64,000 nucleotides of DNA, from NCBI GenBank assembly GCA_038133485.1, contig JAYPTH010000002.1:13899-77898 (forward strand). Reading direction: 5' to 3'. Both the position numbers and the translations under genes were made by a program. The stretch's first letter is position 1; every line of letters begins with the position of its first letter. This document shows, in pieces, positions 27,498 to 35,668 of the stretch. Origin of the DNA: Gammaproteobacteria bacterium. Its GTDB lineage: Bacteria > Pseudomonadota > Gammaproteobacteria > Magnimaribacterales > TMED112. The notes under the pieces are model-generated. The model did no database searches and was not told where the DNA came from. It worked only from the letters and a program-made list of their open reading frames with translations.

Positions 27498-27931
27498 TAA
27501 TCTATATCAGTTAGAGCGAGTTTTATTATTTCATAATTGAAACCTCGATAGGATAAAAATCTTAAAATCTTTTCTTTTTCTTTGCCAGCAAGTGGTTTGC
27601 CTCTTAGCTTTTTCTTGGCTTGCTCTTTACAAGATAAAACCCAATCTAACTCCTCATTGTTAAGATCGTATATTTCAGCGCTTACACCTTTCTCATCAAG
27701 ATACATTTTGATATGGTTTGGCCCATACCCATTTTGATATTTTTGCTGAATTAAAGCTTCTGAATATCTTTCATCAGAAAGCAAATTACTTTTGACTAGA
27801 TCTTGAATTACAGTCTCAATTTCTGAAGGATCTGGAGAATACTTCTTTAGCTTAAATCTTAATTCTTTAACAGTGAATTCTCTTCTTGCGAGAAAGTCTA
27901 AAGCTTTATTTCTTAGGCTGGTTTCGGGCAC
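27497..27931 (-). CDS. recX: RecX family regulatory protein
   Basis: 144 aa of repeated three-helix units. The N-terminus ALDFLARREFTVKELRFKL and later LSYRGF are typical of RecX. No recA in the window. Confidence 0.72.
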   Translation of the reverse strand: MPETSLRNKALDFLARREFTVKELRFKLKKYSPDPSEIETVIQDLVKSNLLSDERYSEALIQQKYQNGYGPNHIKMYLDEKGVSAEIYDLNNEELDWVLSCKEQAKKKLRGKPLAGKEKEKILRFLSYRGFNYEIIKLALTDID

Positions 27932-28429
27932 CTATTCATTATAAGGCACAACTCTTGATCTTCCAGCTGATCTGATAATGCGTACTTTATCACCAGCTTT
28001 AACTTCTAACGAAGAATCTTTTGCGGCCTCTTGAACAATAGCAACCTCTCTATTATTTGTATCGAGTTTTATGATTATTTCAACACCTTCCTTTCTTGAA
28101 ATAGACTCACCAATTTCTGAACCAACAACTGATCCCACTAATCCTCCAACTATGGCTCCAATTTGTTCCGAAGTTTCACCATCACCATCTGCAGCTCTAC
28201 CCGCTGCACTAGATCCAACTATTGCACCTAATACTGTGCCTGAAGTTGCCCCTACATCCCTATCACCCTCAATGATGACCGATCTTACTTGAGTTACTAC
28301 CCCAGTCTGCACATACTGGGTTTTACCCGCTGCATCTCTGGCAACTACATCAGCTTGAAAGCCACCCGTAGCACAACCTAGTAAAGACATAATTACAGTT
28401 AGAGAGAGAAAGAGTTTTAAATTTTTCAT
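27932..28429 (-). CDS. Glycine-zipper outer-membrane lipoprotein (SlyB/Pcp-like)
   Basis: 165 aa. Lipobox LLGC, two Gly-zipper stretches GAIVGSSAAG and GAIVGGLVGSVVGSEIG, and a C-terminal beta-rich tail. Confidence 0.6.
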   Translation of the reverse strand: MKNLKLFLSLTVIMSLLGCATGGFQADVVARDAAGKTQYVQTGVVTQVRSVIIEGDRDVGATSGTVLGAIVGSSAAGRAADGDGETSEQIGAIVGGLVGSVVGSEIGESISRKEGVEIIIKLDTNNREVAIVQEAAKDSSLEVKAGDKVRIIRSAGRSRVVPYNE

Positions 28430-28683
28430 ATTTCTTTTGATAGTGTTAGTAGAGGGAAAGTTCCATCGTGTATTTTAAAAATATCCTCTACGGCACAATT
28501 TAATACTATAGATATTTTTAAAGCAAGATATGTAGATGGAATATATATTCCATTTTCTATTGAATTAATTGATTTGCGCGACACCAGCACTGCTTTTGCT
28601 AACTCAGCTTGAGTTAGCCCAGCCATTCTTCTGTGCCTAGCAAGAAAATTGATAAAGAATTTATGGTTGTTTGGTTTACTCAT
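28426..28683 (-). CDS. XRE-family helix-turn-helix transcriptional regulator
   Basis: 85 aa. HTH_3 core AGLTQAELAKAVLVSRKSINSIENG. 4-nt overlap with the lipoprotein gene. Confidence 0.75.
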   Translation of the reverse strand: MSKPNNHKFFINFLARHRRMAGLTQAELAKAVLVSRKSINSIENGIYIPSTYLALKISIVLNCAVEDIFKIHDGTFPLLTLSKEI

Positions 28684-28734
28684 AATGTAACGTTTACTTA
28701 TCTAAATATATGTATAATGTAACTTAAACTTATC
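28683..28734. repeat. Two 20-nt direct repeats with a 32-bp period, immediately upstream of the XRE gene start (candidate operator)
   Basis: TAATGTAACGTTTACTTATC (28683-28702) and TAATGTAACTTAAACTTATC (28715-28734) are 17/20 identical. The first begins at the T of the XRE start codon complement. Confidence 0.55.
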
Positions 28735-28841
28735 ATATATTAGATTAAAACTTGAAAATATTCAAAAAATAATTAAATTTCATTCTGTTGATGCTCAGGT
28801 GAGGTCAACAAAATTTAACTAGTCGCTTTAAGGAGGACAAA

Positions 28842-29258
28842 ATGTTAATAAACTTTACTGACCCAATGTTTTCAAACCGAGTATTAGGTTTTGAAACCCT
28901 CGTAGACAGACTTGAGAGAATTTCAAATGAATCTCAGTCTTCGTACCCACCCTATAATATTTATAAGGATGGGCTTAAATTTCAAATTGAGATAGCTCTC
29001 GCTGGAATTGATAAAAAAGATGTTGACATCGAACTATGTGATGGCATCTTGACGATTTCTCATAACAACAATGAGGAATCAAGCTCAGATGCAGAAACAG
29101 TTCATAGAGGTATTGCAAAAAGATCCTTCAAGTTAAAATTTACTTTAGCTGAGGATTTAGAAGTGATAGGAGCTTCTTCTAAAAATGGATTATTGACAAT
29201 CGATTTAGAGAAGGTGCTACCTGATCATAAAAAACCTCGAGTAATTGATATAAAATAA
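28842..29258 (+). CDS. ibpA: Small heat shock protein, IbpA/Hsp20 family
   Basis: 138 aa. Alpha-crystallin domain with YPPYNI, IEIALAGIDKKDV, HRGIAKRSFKLKF, NGLLTIDLEKV and a C-terminal PRVIDI tail. These track E. coli IbpA closely. RBS AAGGAGG. Confidence 0.87.
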   Translation: MLINFTDPMFSNRVLGFETLVDRLERISNESQSSYPPYNIYKDGLKFQIEIALAGIDKKDVDIELCDGILTISHNNNEESSSDAETVHRGIAKRSFKLKFTLAEDLEVIGASSKNGLLTIDLEKVLPDHKKPRVIDIK

Positions 29259-29266
29259 TAATTAGT

Positions 29267-29284
29267 GGGCGGCAATAGCCGCCC
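29267..29284 (+). terminator. GC-rich hairpin between ibpA and the dsbD-like gene (terminator or attenuator)
   Basis: GGGCGGC AATA GCCGCCC, a perfect 7-bp GC stem in an AT-rich genome. It lies 8 nt after the ibpA stop and 7 nt before the next ATG. The following T tract (TTACCTTAT) is imperfect. Confidence 0.5.
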
Positions 29285-29291
29285 TTACCTT

Positions 29292-31229
29292 ATGAGATTT
29301 TTTTGGGCATTATTTTTCAACCTATCGCTTTCTGCTGAGATTGCTAAAACTGATAATGCAGAAATCTCAATTATTGGGAATAATAATTACATCCAAGCAC
29401 CTGGTGAAATTCAACTTGGTTATAGATTTAAGTTAACACCTGGATGGCATACTTACTGGCTTAACCCTGGTGACTCTGGTGGCCCTGTAGACTTTGTCTA
29501 TCCATCAAATAATAAGTTTAATATCTCATCAATTTCTTGGCCAGGACCAGAGAAAATTCCATATCCCCCTTTAATGACATTTGGATATGTAGACGAGGTT
29601 GTCTTCCCATTCACAATTACATTAGATAACCTTGATGACAGAGAAGTTAAAATTCAGACAAGATTCCTAGTATGTGATGAGATATGCATACCAGAACAAG
29701 CTGAATTAACTTTACTGTTAAAAAATAATTACCTGAATATAGTCGAAAATTCTGATTTACTATCCACTTGGCTTGGAAAATTACCACAAAGAGCGCCCCC
29801 AGGATTAAAAATCCAATTGGAAAACCAACAGCTTATTTTTTCTTTTGATCAAATTAACTCAGATAGTCACTACTTCCCATATGACCATACTGAGTTTGAT
29901 TTTTCTACCCCTCAATTTAACGATGGAAAAAACTTAAGTATTGAACTTCATTCAGATTTCCAAGGATCTGTGAAAGGTGTCCTCAAAATCGCCGATGATT
30001 ATTACAATGTTGAAAAAACATTCGTAGGCAACACCACTGAAAATCAATTAAATCTTTTAACTGCTTTATTGTTTGCCTTTTTGGGTGGTCTAATTCTTAA
30101 TCTAATGCCGTGCGTACTTCCGGTAGTTGCTTTAAAAGCTTTTTCATTAGTAAAAAATGCTGAAAATTCAAGTTCATCAGTTGCAATAAATGCATCAATA
30201 TATGTCCTTGGTGTTGTTGTTACTTTCATGACTATTGCGGCAACCCTTTTGTTATTAAAAAATTCAGGGGAGCTCATCGGATGGGGCTATCAACTTCAAT
30301 CACCATCAGTTGTTTCTTTTTTAAGTATATTGATTTTTCTTGTTGGTTTAGTATTGCTTGGGAATATCTCTTTAGGTTCATCACTTACCAAATTAGAAAA
30401 CATTAACACCTTCTCGGGCACAATGGGCTCATTTTTAACAGGCTCTCTTTCAGTTATAGTTGCTTCTCCATGTACAGCACCATTTATGGGTGCTGCTTTA
30501 GGCTTTGCCTTAGTTCAACCAGACTACATTTCCTTATTGATATTTTTATCACTCGCATTAGGTTTTGCTGCACCATATTTTCTAATTGCATTAAACCCAG
30601 GTTTAATTAAGTACCTACCAAGACCTGGGGCTTGGATGGAACAATTGAAGCAATTATTTGGCATCATGATGATAGCCGCTGCTCTTTGGTTGCTTTGGGT
30701 GCTATCACTCCAAATAAATCCAAGCTCGCTTATAACTGTATTAATGCTCTGGTTTATCACTGGCCTAATACTTTGGATCATTTCTTTAACAATCAATAGA
30801 ATTATTAAATCTTTAATTGTGATTGCTGTGCTTATTTGCTCTATCTTTTATATAGACTGGGAGCTTGAGCAAAAACAAGAAGAAAAACTAGCAACAGCAT
30901 ATACCTGGACTTCTGAATATGAACAGGAACTTAGATTAAATAATTCTCCATACTTTATTAATTTTACTGCTGCGTGGTGTATAACATGCCAGGTTAATGA
31001 GTCCATTGCATTTACCGATAAAGTTCAAACAAAACTCGAAGAAAAAGGAATAACTTACCTCAAAGCTGACTGGACAAACAGGAATGAATCGATTTTTAAG
31101 GAGCTTCAAAAATATCAAAGATCTGGTGTCCCAACCTACGTTTTTTGGCATCCTGAGCTGGTTAAACCTATACTATTAAATGAAGTTTTGACTGAAGGTT
31201 ATTTATTGGGAGTTATTGATGAAGTGTAG
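29292..31229 (+). CDS. DsbD/ScsB-family thiol:disulfide electron transporter
   Basis: The ATG at 29292 gives signal peptide MRFFWALFFNLSLSA; the track GTG at 29265 lies inside the hairpin. The periplasmic N-domain has a CDEIC pair. The membrane core has LMPCVLPVV and ASPCTAPFMG. The C-terminal thioredoxin domain has WCITC. Confidence 0.8.
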   Translation: MRFFWALFFNLSLSAEIAKTDNAEISIIGNNNYIQAPGEIQLGYRFKLTPGWHTYWLNPGDSGGPVDFVYPSNNKFNISSISWPGPEKIPYPPLMTFGYVDEVVFPFTITLDNLDDREVKIQTRFLVCDEICIPEQAELTLLLKNNYLNIVENSDLLSTWLGKLPQRAPPGLKIQLENQQLIFSFDQINSDSHYFPYDHTEFDFSTPQFNDGKNLSIELHSDFQGSVKGVLKIADDYYNVEKTFVGNTTENQLNLLTALLFAFLGGLILNLMPCVLPVVALKAFSLVKNAENSSSSVAINASIYVLGVVVTFMTIAATLLLLKNSGELIGWGYQLQSPSVVSFLSILIFLVGLVLLGNISLGSSLTKLENINTFSGTMGSFLTGSLSVIVASPCTAPFMGAALGFALVQPDYISLLIFLSLALGFAAPYFLIALNPGLIKYLPRPGAWMEQLKQLFGIMMIAAALWLLWVLSLQINPSSLITVLMLWFITGLILWIISLTINRIIKSLIVIAVLICSIFYIDWELEQKQEEKLATAYTWTSEYEQELRLNNSPYFINFTAAWCITCQVNESIAFTDKVQTKLEEKGITYLKADWTNRNESIFKELQKYQRSGVPTYVFWHPELVKPILLNEVLTEGYLLGVIDEV

Positions 31230-31821
31230 ATATTTAACTTTTCTATTCTTAAGCTTTTTGATATCAAGTGAGGTTGAAGTTGATAGCGAAGCTCCTCTCT
31301 TTAAGTTAGAGAACGAGTATGGTGAAAAAATTTCATTAGAAGATTTTTCTGGGAAAAAAATTATTCTTGAATGGACTAACCATGAGTGCCCTTTTGTTAT
31401 AAGACACTATGAAACACAAAATATGCAAACTCTCCAAAAAGATTTTACAGAAGATGGGGTAATTTGGCTCTCTATTATTTCCTCCGCTCCAAATAGACAA
31501 GGACATGTAACAAAAAAACAATCCATTCAACTAACAGCAGACAGAAATGCTTACCCAACTCATGTTCTGTTTGATCCAGATGGTTCAGTTGGAAAAATGT
31601 ACGGCGCGAAAACAACACCTCATATGTATATTATTGATGAGCAAAGATCGCTGAGATACGCTGGAGCAATTGATGACTTGGGAATGACTGGAGCATTATT
31701 TAATACAGATCTTTCAACAGCAAATAATTACGTTAGATTAGCAATGAATAGTATTGCTGAAAATAAAGAGATAGACGATAAAAAAACCAGGCCATACGGG
31801 TGCTCAATAAAGTATCCGTAA
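31216..31821 (+). CDS. Secreted thioredoxin-fold / AhpC-TSA family redox protein
   Basis: 201 aa. Signal peptide, then a redoxin-like core KKIILEWTNHECPFV and a conserved C-terminal GCSIKY. Overlaps the dsbD-like gene by 14 nt. Confidence 0.62.
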   Translation: MMKCRYLTFLFLSFLISSEVEVDSEAPLFKLENEYGEKISLEDFSGKKIILEWTNHECPFVIRHYETQNMQTLQKDFTEDGVIWLSIISSAPNRQGHVTKKQSIQLTADRNAYPTHVLFDPDGSVGKMYGAKTTPHMYIIDEQRSLRYAGAIDDLGMTGALFNTDLSTANNYVRLAMNSIAENKEIDDKKTRPYGCSIKYP

Positions 31822-31868
31822 TCTTAAGTTCTCTAAAGTTTTATTTTGCTTATAACAACTCAAGCTGT

Positions 31869-31886
31869 ATGATTAATATTAATCAT
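31869..31886. repeat. Perfect 18-nt palindrome ATGATTAATATTAATCAT followed by TTTT
   Basis: Read directly from the sequence. It sits in the 80-nt gap between the redoxin gene and the first TIGR02206-like gene. It could be a weak AT-only terminator or a dimeric operator. Confidence 0.45.
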
Positions 31887-31901
31887 TTTTAGAAAGAGAC
31901 A

Positions 31902-32603
31902 ATGGAACCATTTGAGTTATTTGGTGACCAACATACGCAAACTTTAATTTGGTCGACAATAATTATTACCTCGATTTGCATCGCCGCTAACTTTATCAAT
32001 ACTCAATCGCAGTCAATCTTAACAAAGCTGATCGGTTACTCTCTTTTAGTCTTTGAGGCAACAAAGCCTTTTATTTATATTTTCGGTTTCGATAAACCTT
32101 GGGAAACATACCTTCCTCTCCATATGTGCAATTTTAGTGCTATTTTGATAGGAATATTTCTTTTAAGCAAAGAGAGAAATCAAATGTTTTTTGAGCTTCC
32201 TTTTTACTGGGGTATCGGAGGTGCAACCATGGCAATGTTAACGCCAGATTTAGATTATGCCTGGCCGGATATTGAATACTTCATGTTCTTCTATGGTCAT
32301 GGTCAAATAATTTTAGGAATATTTTTTGCACTTGCAGTGCTCAAATACAGACCGCATCTTGAAAATTTCTTAAAGATGGCATTAATTACTATTCTGCTCT
32401 TAATACCGATGTACGGCATTAACTTTTTAATTGGCGGTGAAGCAAATTATTGGTACTTAATGGAAAGACCTGATGGCGAATCTCTAATGGATTTAATGCC
32501 TGATCCACCTTTTCATATGTTGGGTGTAGCGCCATTAGCATTAATAGTCTTTTTTATAACTTATTTACCATTCCTAATATGGGACAAATTTAAAAAAGCA
32601 TAA
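31902..32603 (+). CDS. TIGR02206/YwaF-family integral membrane protein (copy 1)
   Basis: 233 aa polytopic protein. Motifs [24 protein letters not shown] and FYGHGQII match my recollection of B. subtilis YwaF (LPLHLCS, FWGIGGAAQALLTPD, SHG.II). Confidence 0.6.
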   Translation: MEPFELFGDQHTQTLIWSTIIITSICIAANFINTQSQSILTKLIGYSLLVFEATKPFIYIFGFDKPWETYLPLHMCNFSAILIGIFLLSKERNQMFFELPFYWGIGGATMAMLTPDLDYAWPDIEYFMFFYGHGQIILGIFFALAVLKYRPHLENFLKMALITILLLIPMYGINFLIGGEANYWYLMERPDGESLMDLMPDPPFHMLGVAPLALIVFFITYLPFLIWDKFKKA

Positions 32604-34285
32604 TGACTTATGATTATATTATAGTTGGCGGAGGCTCAGCAGGCTGTGTCTTAGCGAATAGGCTAACTGAGAATCCACAAATATCTGTTTGCTTGATTGA
32701 GACAGGACCACCTGACAAATCACCACTTATTCACATTCCAGCTATGTATGCCTTTTTAGTGAATGAAGCTGGAGAATCAGAATATGCTTATCAATATGAC
32801 ACTGTTCCTCAAAAAGAATTTTCAACAGTAACTATTAAGGAGGGTGCAGCAAGAGTGAGTGATAACTTGGGAGGCACTTATCAGGTGCCGCAAGATTTTC
32901 AAGAAAATAGAAAAGGATTTCAACCAAGAGGGAAAACATTAGGCGGCTCAAGTTCAATTAATGGCATGCTCTATGTTCGTGGACATAAGTGGGATTATGA
33001 TCACTGGTCTGAGCTTGGCAATCATGGCTGGAGCTACGATGAGATATTACCCTACTTTATCAAGTCAGAAAATAATGAAGTGCTTGATGGTCGTCTACAT
33101 GGCAAGGGCGGACCACTTAATGTTGCCGGCCTTAAACACGACAATCCATTTACAAGGCATTTTGTTGAAGCTGGCTCTAAGATTTATAAAAAAAATGATG
33201 ATTTTAACGGTGAAGATCAAGAAGGGGTCGGCATCTATCAGGTAACGCAAAAAAATGGCAGAAGATGTAGTGCTGCAGTGGCATTTTTAAATGAAGTTAA
33301 AGATAGGAAGAATCTGTCAATCTTAACTGAAACAACAGTTGATAAGGTAAATTTTAAAGACTTAACAGCTCATTCAGTTTCATGTATTAAAAATGGCAAA
33401 GAATTTCAAATTAATGCCAGCAGAGAAATTATTTTGAGTGGTGGAGCCTATGGATCACCTACCATTCTTTTGAGATCTGGTATAGGCGATGAACACTACC
33501 TCGCTTCTAAAGAAATTGACTGTCTTGTAGATTTGAAGGGAGTTGGCGAGAACTTGCAAGACCATCTAGATTATATTACTTCCCATAGAGTTGATAGCTG
33601 GGACTTAATGGGTGCGCCATTTAGATCGGGTAAATTTACACTCCGAGCTCCTCTGGAATTGTTAAAATTATTTTTAAATAATACTGGAATGTTTACTTCT
33701 CCTCTGGCAGAAGGCGGTGCTTTCTTAAAAACAGATCAAAATCTAGATGTGCCAGATATTCAATTACATTTCGTTGTTGGTATGGTTGAAGACCATGGTC
33801 GAGCAAAGATATGGGGCAATGGCTTTAGTTGCCATATGTGCCTTCTTCGACCAAAATCTACTGGTTCCGTCAAGATCGCATCTAAAAATCCTGATGATGA
33901 TCCTCTAATTGATCCAAACTATTTATCAAATAAAGAGGATTTAAATAGGATGGTCAAAGGCTACAAAATAATGATGGAAATCATGAATACTGAGCCTTTA
34001 GCAAAATATAAAAATATTAGGTATCCAATTAATTTAAATGACGATAAAGCAATTGAAAGCGCAATCAGAGCAAGAGCTGACACAATTTATCACCCAGTGG
34101 GTACATGTAAAATGGGAAATGATAATATGGCTGTTGTAAGTGATAGACTTAAAGTTCGAGGGGTTGAAAACCTTAGGGTTGTTGATGCTTCAATTATGCC
34201 AACTCTTGTTGGAGGCAATACCAATGCCCCGACTATAATGATTGCTGAGAAAGCAGCAGATATGATTAAAGAGGATATGAGATGA
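32603..34285 (+). CDS. GMC family FAD-dependent oxidoreductase (choline/alcohol dehydrogenase-like)
   Basis: 560 aa. FAD motif [22 protein letters not shown] signature 1 region [18 protein letters not shown], signature 2 region [16 protein letters not shown], and active-site His region [11 protein letters not shown]. Confidence 0.9.
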   Translation: MTYDYIIVGGGSAGCVLANRLTENPQISVCLIETGPPDKSPLIHIPAMYAFLVNEAGESEYAYQYDTVPQKEFSTVTIKEGAARVSDNLGGTYQVPQDFQENRKGFQPRGKTLGGSSSINGMLYVRGHKWDYDHWSELGNHGWSYDEILPYFIKSENNEVLDGRLHGKGGPLNVAGLKHDNPFTRHFVEAGSKIYKKNDDFNGEDQEGVGIYQVTQKNGRRCSAAVAFLNEVKDRKNLSILTETTVDKVNFKDLTAHSVSCIKNGKEFQINASREIILSGGAYGSPTILLRSGIGDEHYLASKEIDCLVDLKGVGENLQDHLDYITSHRVDSWDLMGAPFRSGKFTLRAPLELLKLFLNNTGMFTSPLAEGGAFLKTDQNLDVPDIQLHFVVGMVEDHGRAKIWGNGFSCHMCLLRPKSTGSVKIASKNPDDDPLIDPNYLSNKEDLNRMVKGYKIMMEIMNTEPLAKYKNIRYPINLNDDKAIESAIRARADTIYHPVGTCKMGNDNMAVVSDRLKVRGVENLRVVDASIMPTLVGGNTNAPTIMIAEKAADMIKEDMR

Positions 34286-34989
34286 CACCTGAACCATTTT
34301 CATTGCTAGATCCATGGCATTTTATTAACGTTATTTTTTTTATAAGTGCCGCCGTATATTTGCCTTATGCATTTAGAGATGCGTCAGAAAAAGTAAAAGT
34401 TTATTTCAGATATTTGCTCGCAATTGTCATCTTAATTCATGAGATTACCAATCCATTTTTTAAAATTACTGAAAGAGGCTTCGATTGGTGGGATGCAATG
34501 CCAATACACATGTGTGGTTTTTCTTCATGGTGTATAGCATTTTATTTAATAACTAAATACAAGCCCTTATTCATTTTTGCTTTCTTTTGGGGCTTAGCTG
34601 GAGGTGGTATGTCAATTTTAACTCCAGATATTGTTTTAGGATTCCCTGCACTTGAATATCTAGATACGATGTGGGGACACTCTTTGATCCTCATGGGTGT
34701 CTTTACAGCAATCTTTCAAATGAATGAAAGGCCTTTCTTGAAGGATTATTTTTACCTTATGATAATGACCACTTTTATATTCTTACCGTTAGTTTACGTC
34801 TTCAATATTTATTTCGGCACTAATTATTGGTTTGTTGTTGAAAAACCATATGGAGACAATCTAATGAACTTCTTTCCAGAGCCGCTTCCTGGGAAACCTT
34901 ATCACCTGCTTGGTTTAATTCCTACAAGCTATGTAGTAACTTTTCTTTTATATATTCCTTACTTATTAAAAGATAATAATGCCAAGTGA
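34282..34989 (+). CDS. TIGR02206/YwaF-family integral membrane protein (copy 2, paralog of 31902..32603)
   Basis: 235 aa. It has the same motif set, [24 protein letters not shown] and MWGHSLIL, and is colinear with copy 1 at roughly 30 percent identity by eye. Confidence 0.6.
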   Translation: MTPEPFSLLDPWHFINVIFFISAAVYLPYAFRDASEKVKVYFRYLLAIVILIHEITNPFFKITERGFDWWDAMPIHMCGFSSWCIAFYLITKYKPLFIFAFFWGLAGGGMSILTPDIVLGFPALEYLDTMWGHSLILMGVFTAIFQMNERPFLKDYFYLMIMTTFIFLPLVYVFNIYFGTNYWFVVEKPYGDNLMNFFPEPLPGKPYHLLGLIPTSYVVTFLLYIPYLLKDNNAK

Positions 34990-35668
34990 ATTCAATAGAA
35001 TTCATTACACCGAGGTAACCTCAACCAATGATTTGTGCAGAGAAGAACAAAAAAAAAGCTCTGTAATAACTGTTGTAACTGCAGATAAACAAACACAAGG
35101 CAGGGGGAGAAATAATAAAGTTTGGGAAAGCCCTCATGGCAATGTGTCTTTTTCTTTTGGCTTTACAAGTTCGAAACTAATTCATGGTTTAAGTGTTAAA
35201 ACAGGCTTAACTGTTGCAAAAACAATTTCTAAAACTCTTGATAAGCCTGTTCAACTAAAATGGCCCAACGATCTCATTTTTCAATCAAAAAAAATTGGAG
35301 GCATATTAGTTGAAGCTGAGAATGTAGGAAAAAAATTCATTATAGTTATCGGTATAGGTATAAACTTTTCTATTAAAGCAAAAGAGAATCACTGGGGCGA
35401 CTTAAATATAGATAGTTACGAGTTAAAAGAGAGATTTATATCCAATTTGATCCAAAATTTGGTAGCAGATATTATTGATGATCCAAACGATAACTGGCAT
35501 CACGAATGGAATGAATTCTGTATGCACCTTAATCAAGAAGTAGCATTAGAAAATAACGAGACTTATATTTTTAGGGGTGTAAATAATTTGGGGGAAATGA
35601 TTGGAAAGAAAGGCTCCCAAACATTTGAAATATCTGAGAGCTCAATAAAAGTTAAAGGTCTTTATTAA
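34979..35668 (+). CDS. birA: Biotin-[acetyl-CoA-carboxylase] ligase, group I (no N-terminal HTH)
   Basis: 229 aa. Biotin/ATP loop QTQGRGRNNKVWESPHG, then KWPNDL and KIGGILVE. Starts directly with the catalytic domain. Confidence 0.85.
   Translation: MPSEFNRIHYTEVTSTNDLCREEQKKSSVITVVTADKQTQGRGRNNKVWESPHGNVSFSFGFTSSKLIHGLSVKTGLTVAKTISKTLDKPVQLKWPNDLIFQSKKIGGILVEAENVGKKFIIVIGIGINFSIKAKENHWGDLNIDSYELKERFISNLIQNLVADIIDDPNDNWHHEWNEFCMHLNQEVALENNETYIFRGVNNLGEMIGKKGSQTFEISESSIKVKGLY

Noticed and set aside
27932-28683. XRE plus downstream small gene as a toxin-antitoxin or defence pair.
   Set aside because: The partner is a lipoprotein with a signal peptide and glycine zippers, not a cytoplasmic toxin fold. 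The pair is embedded in a housekeeping operon, with no mobile-element context.
28751-28841. Sigma32-type promoter and RNA thermometer upstream of ibpA.
   Set aside because: A perfect -35-like CTTGAAA is present at 28751-28757, but no CCCCAT-type -10 follows at 13-17 nt. The 5' leader has only a 5-bp GTTGA/TCAAC hairpin that does not pair with the AAGGAGG RBS. I cannot support a ROSE-like or fourU thermometer.
32603-34285. GMC oxidoreductase as a retinol-to-retinal oxidase supplying the proteorhodopsin.
   Set aside because: This is pure speculation prompted by the absence of blh/crt genes. Nothing in the sequence links it to retinoids, and it lies 16 kb from the opsin.
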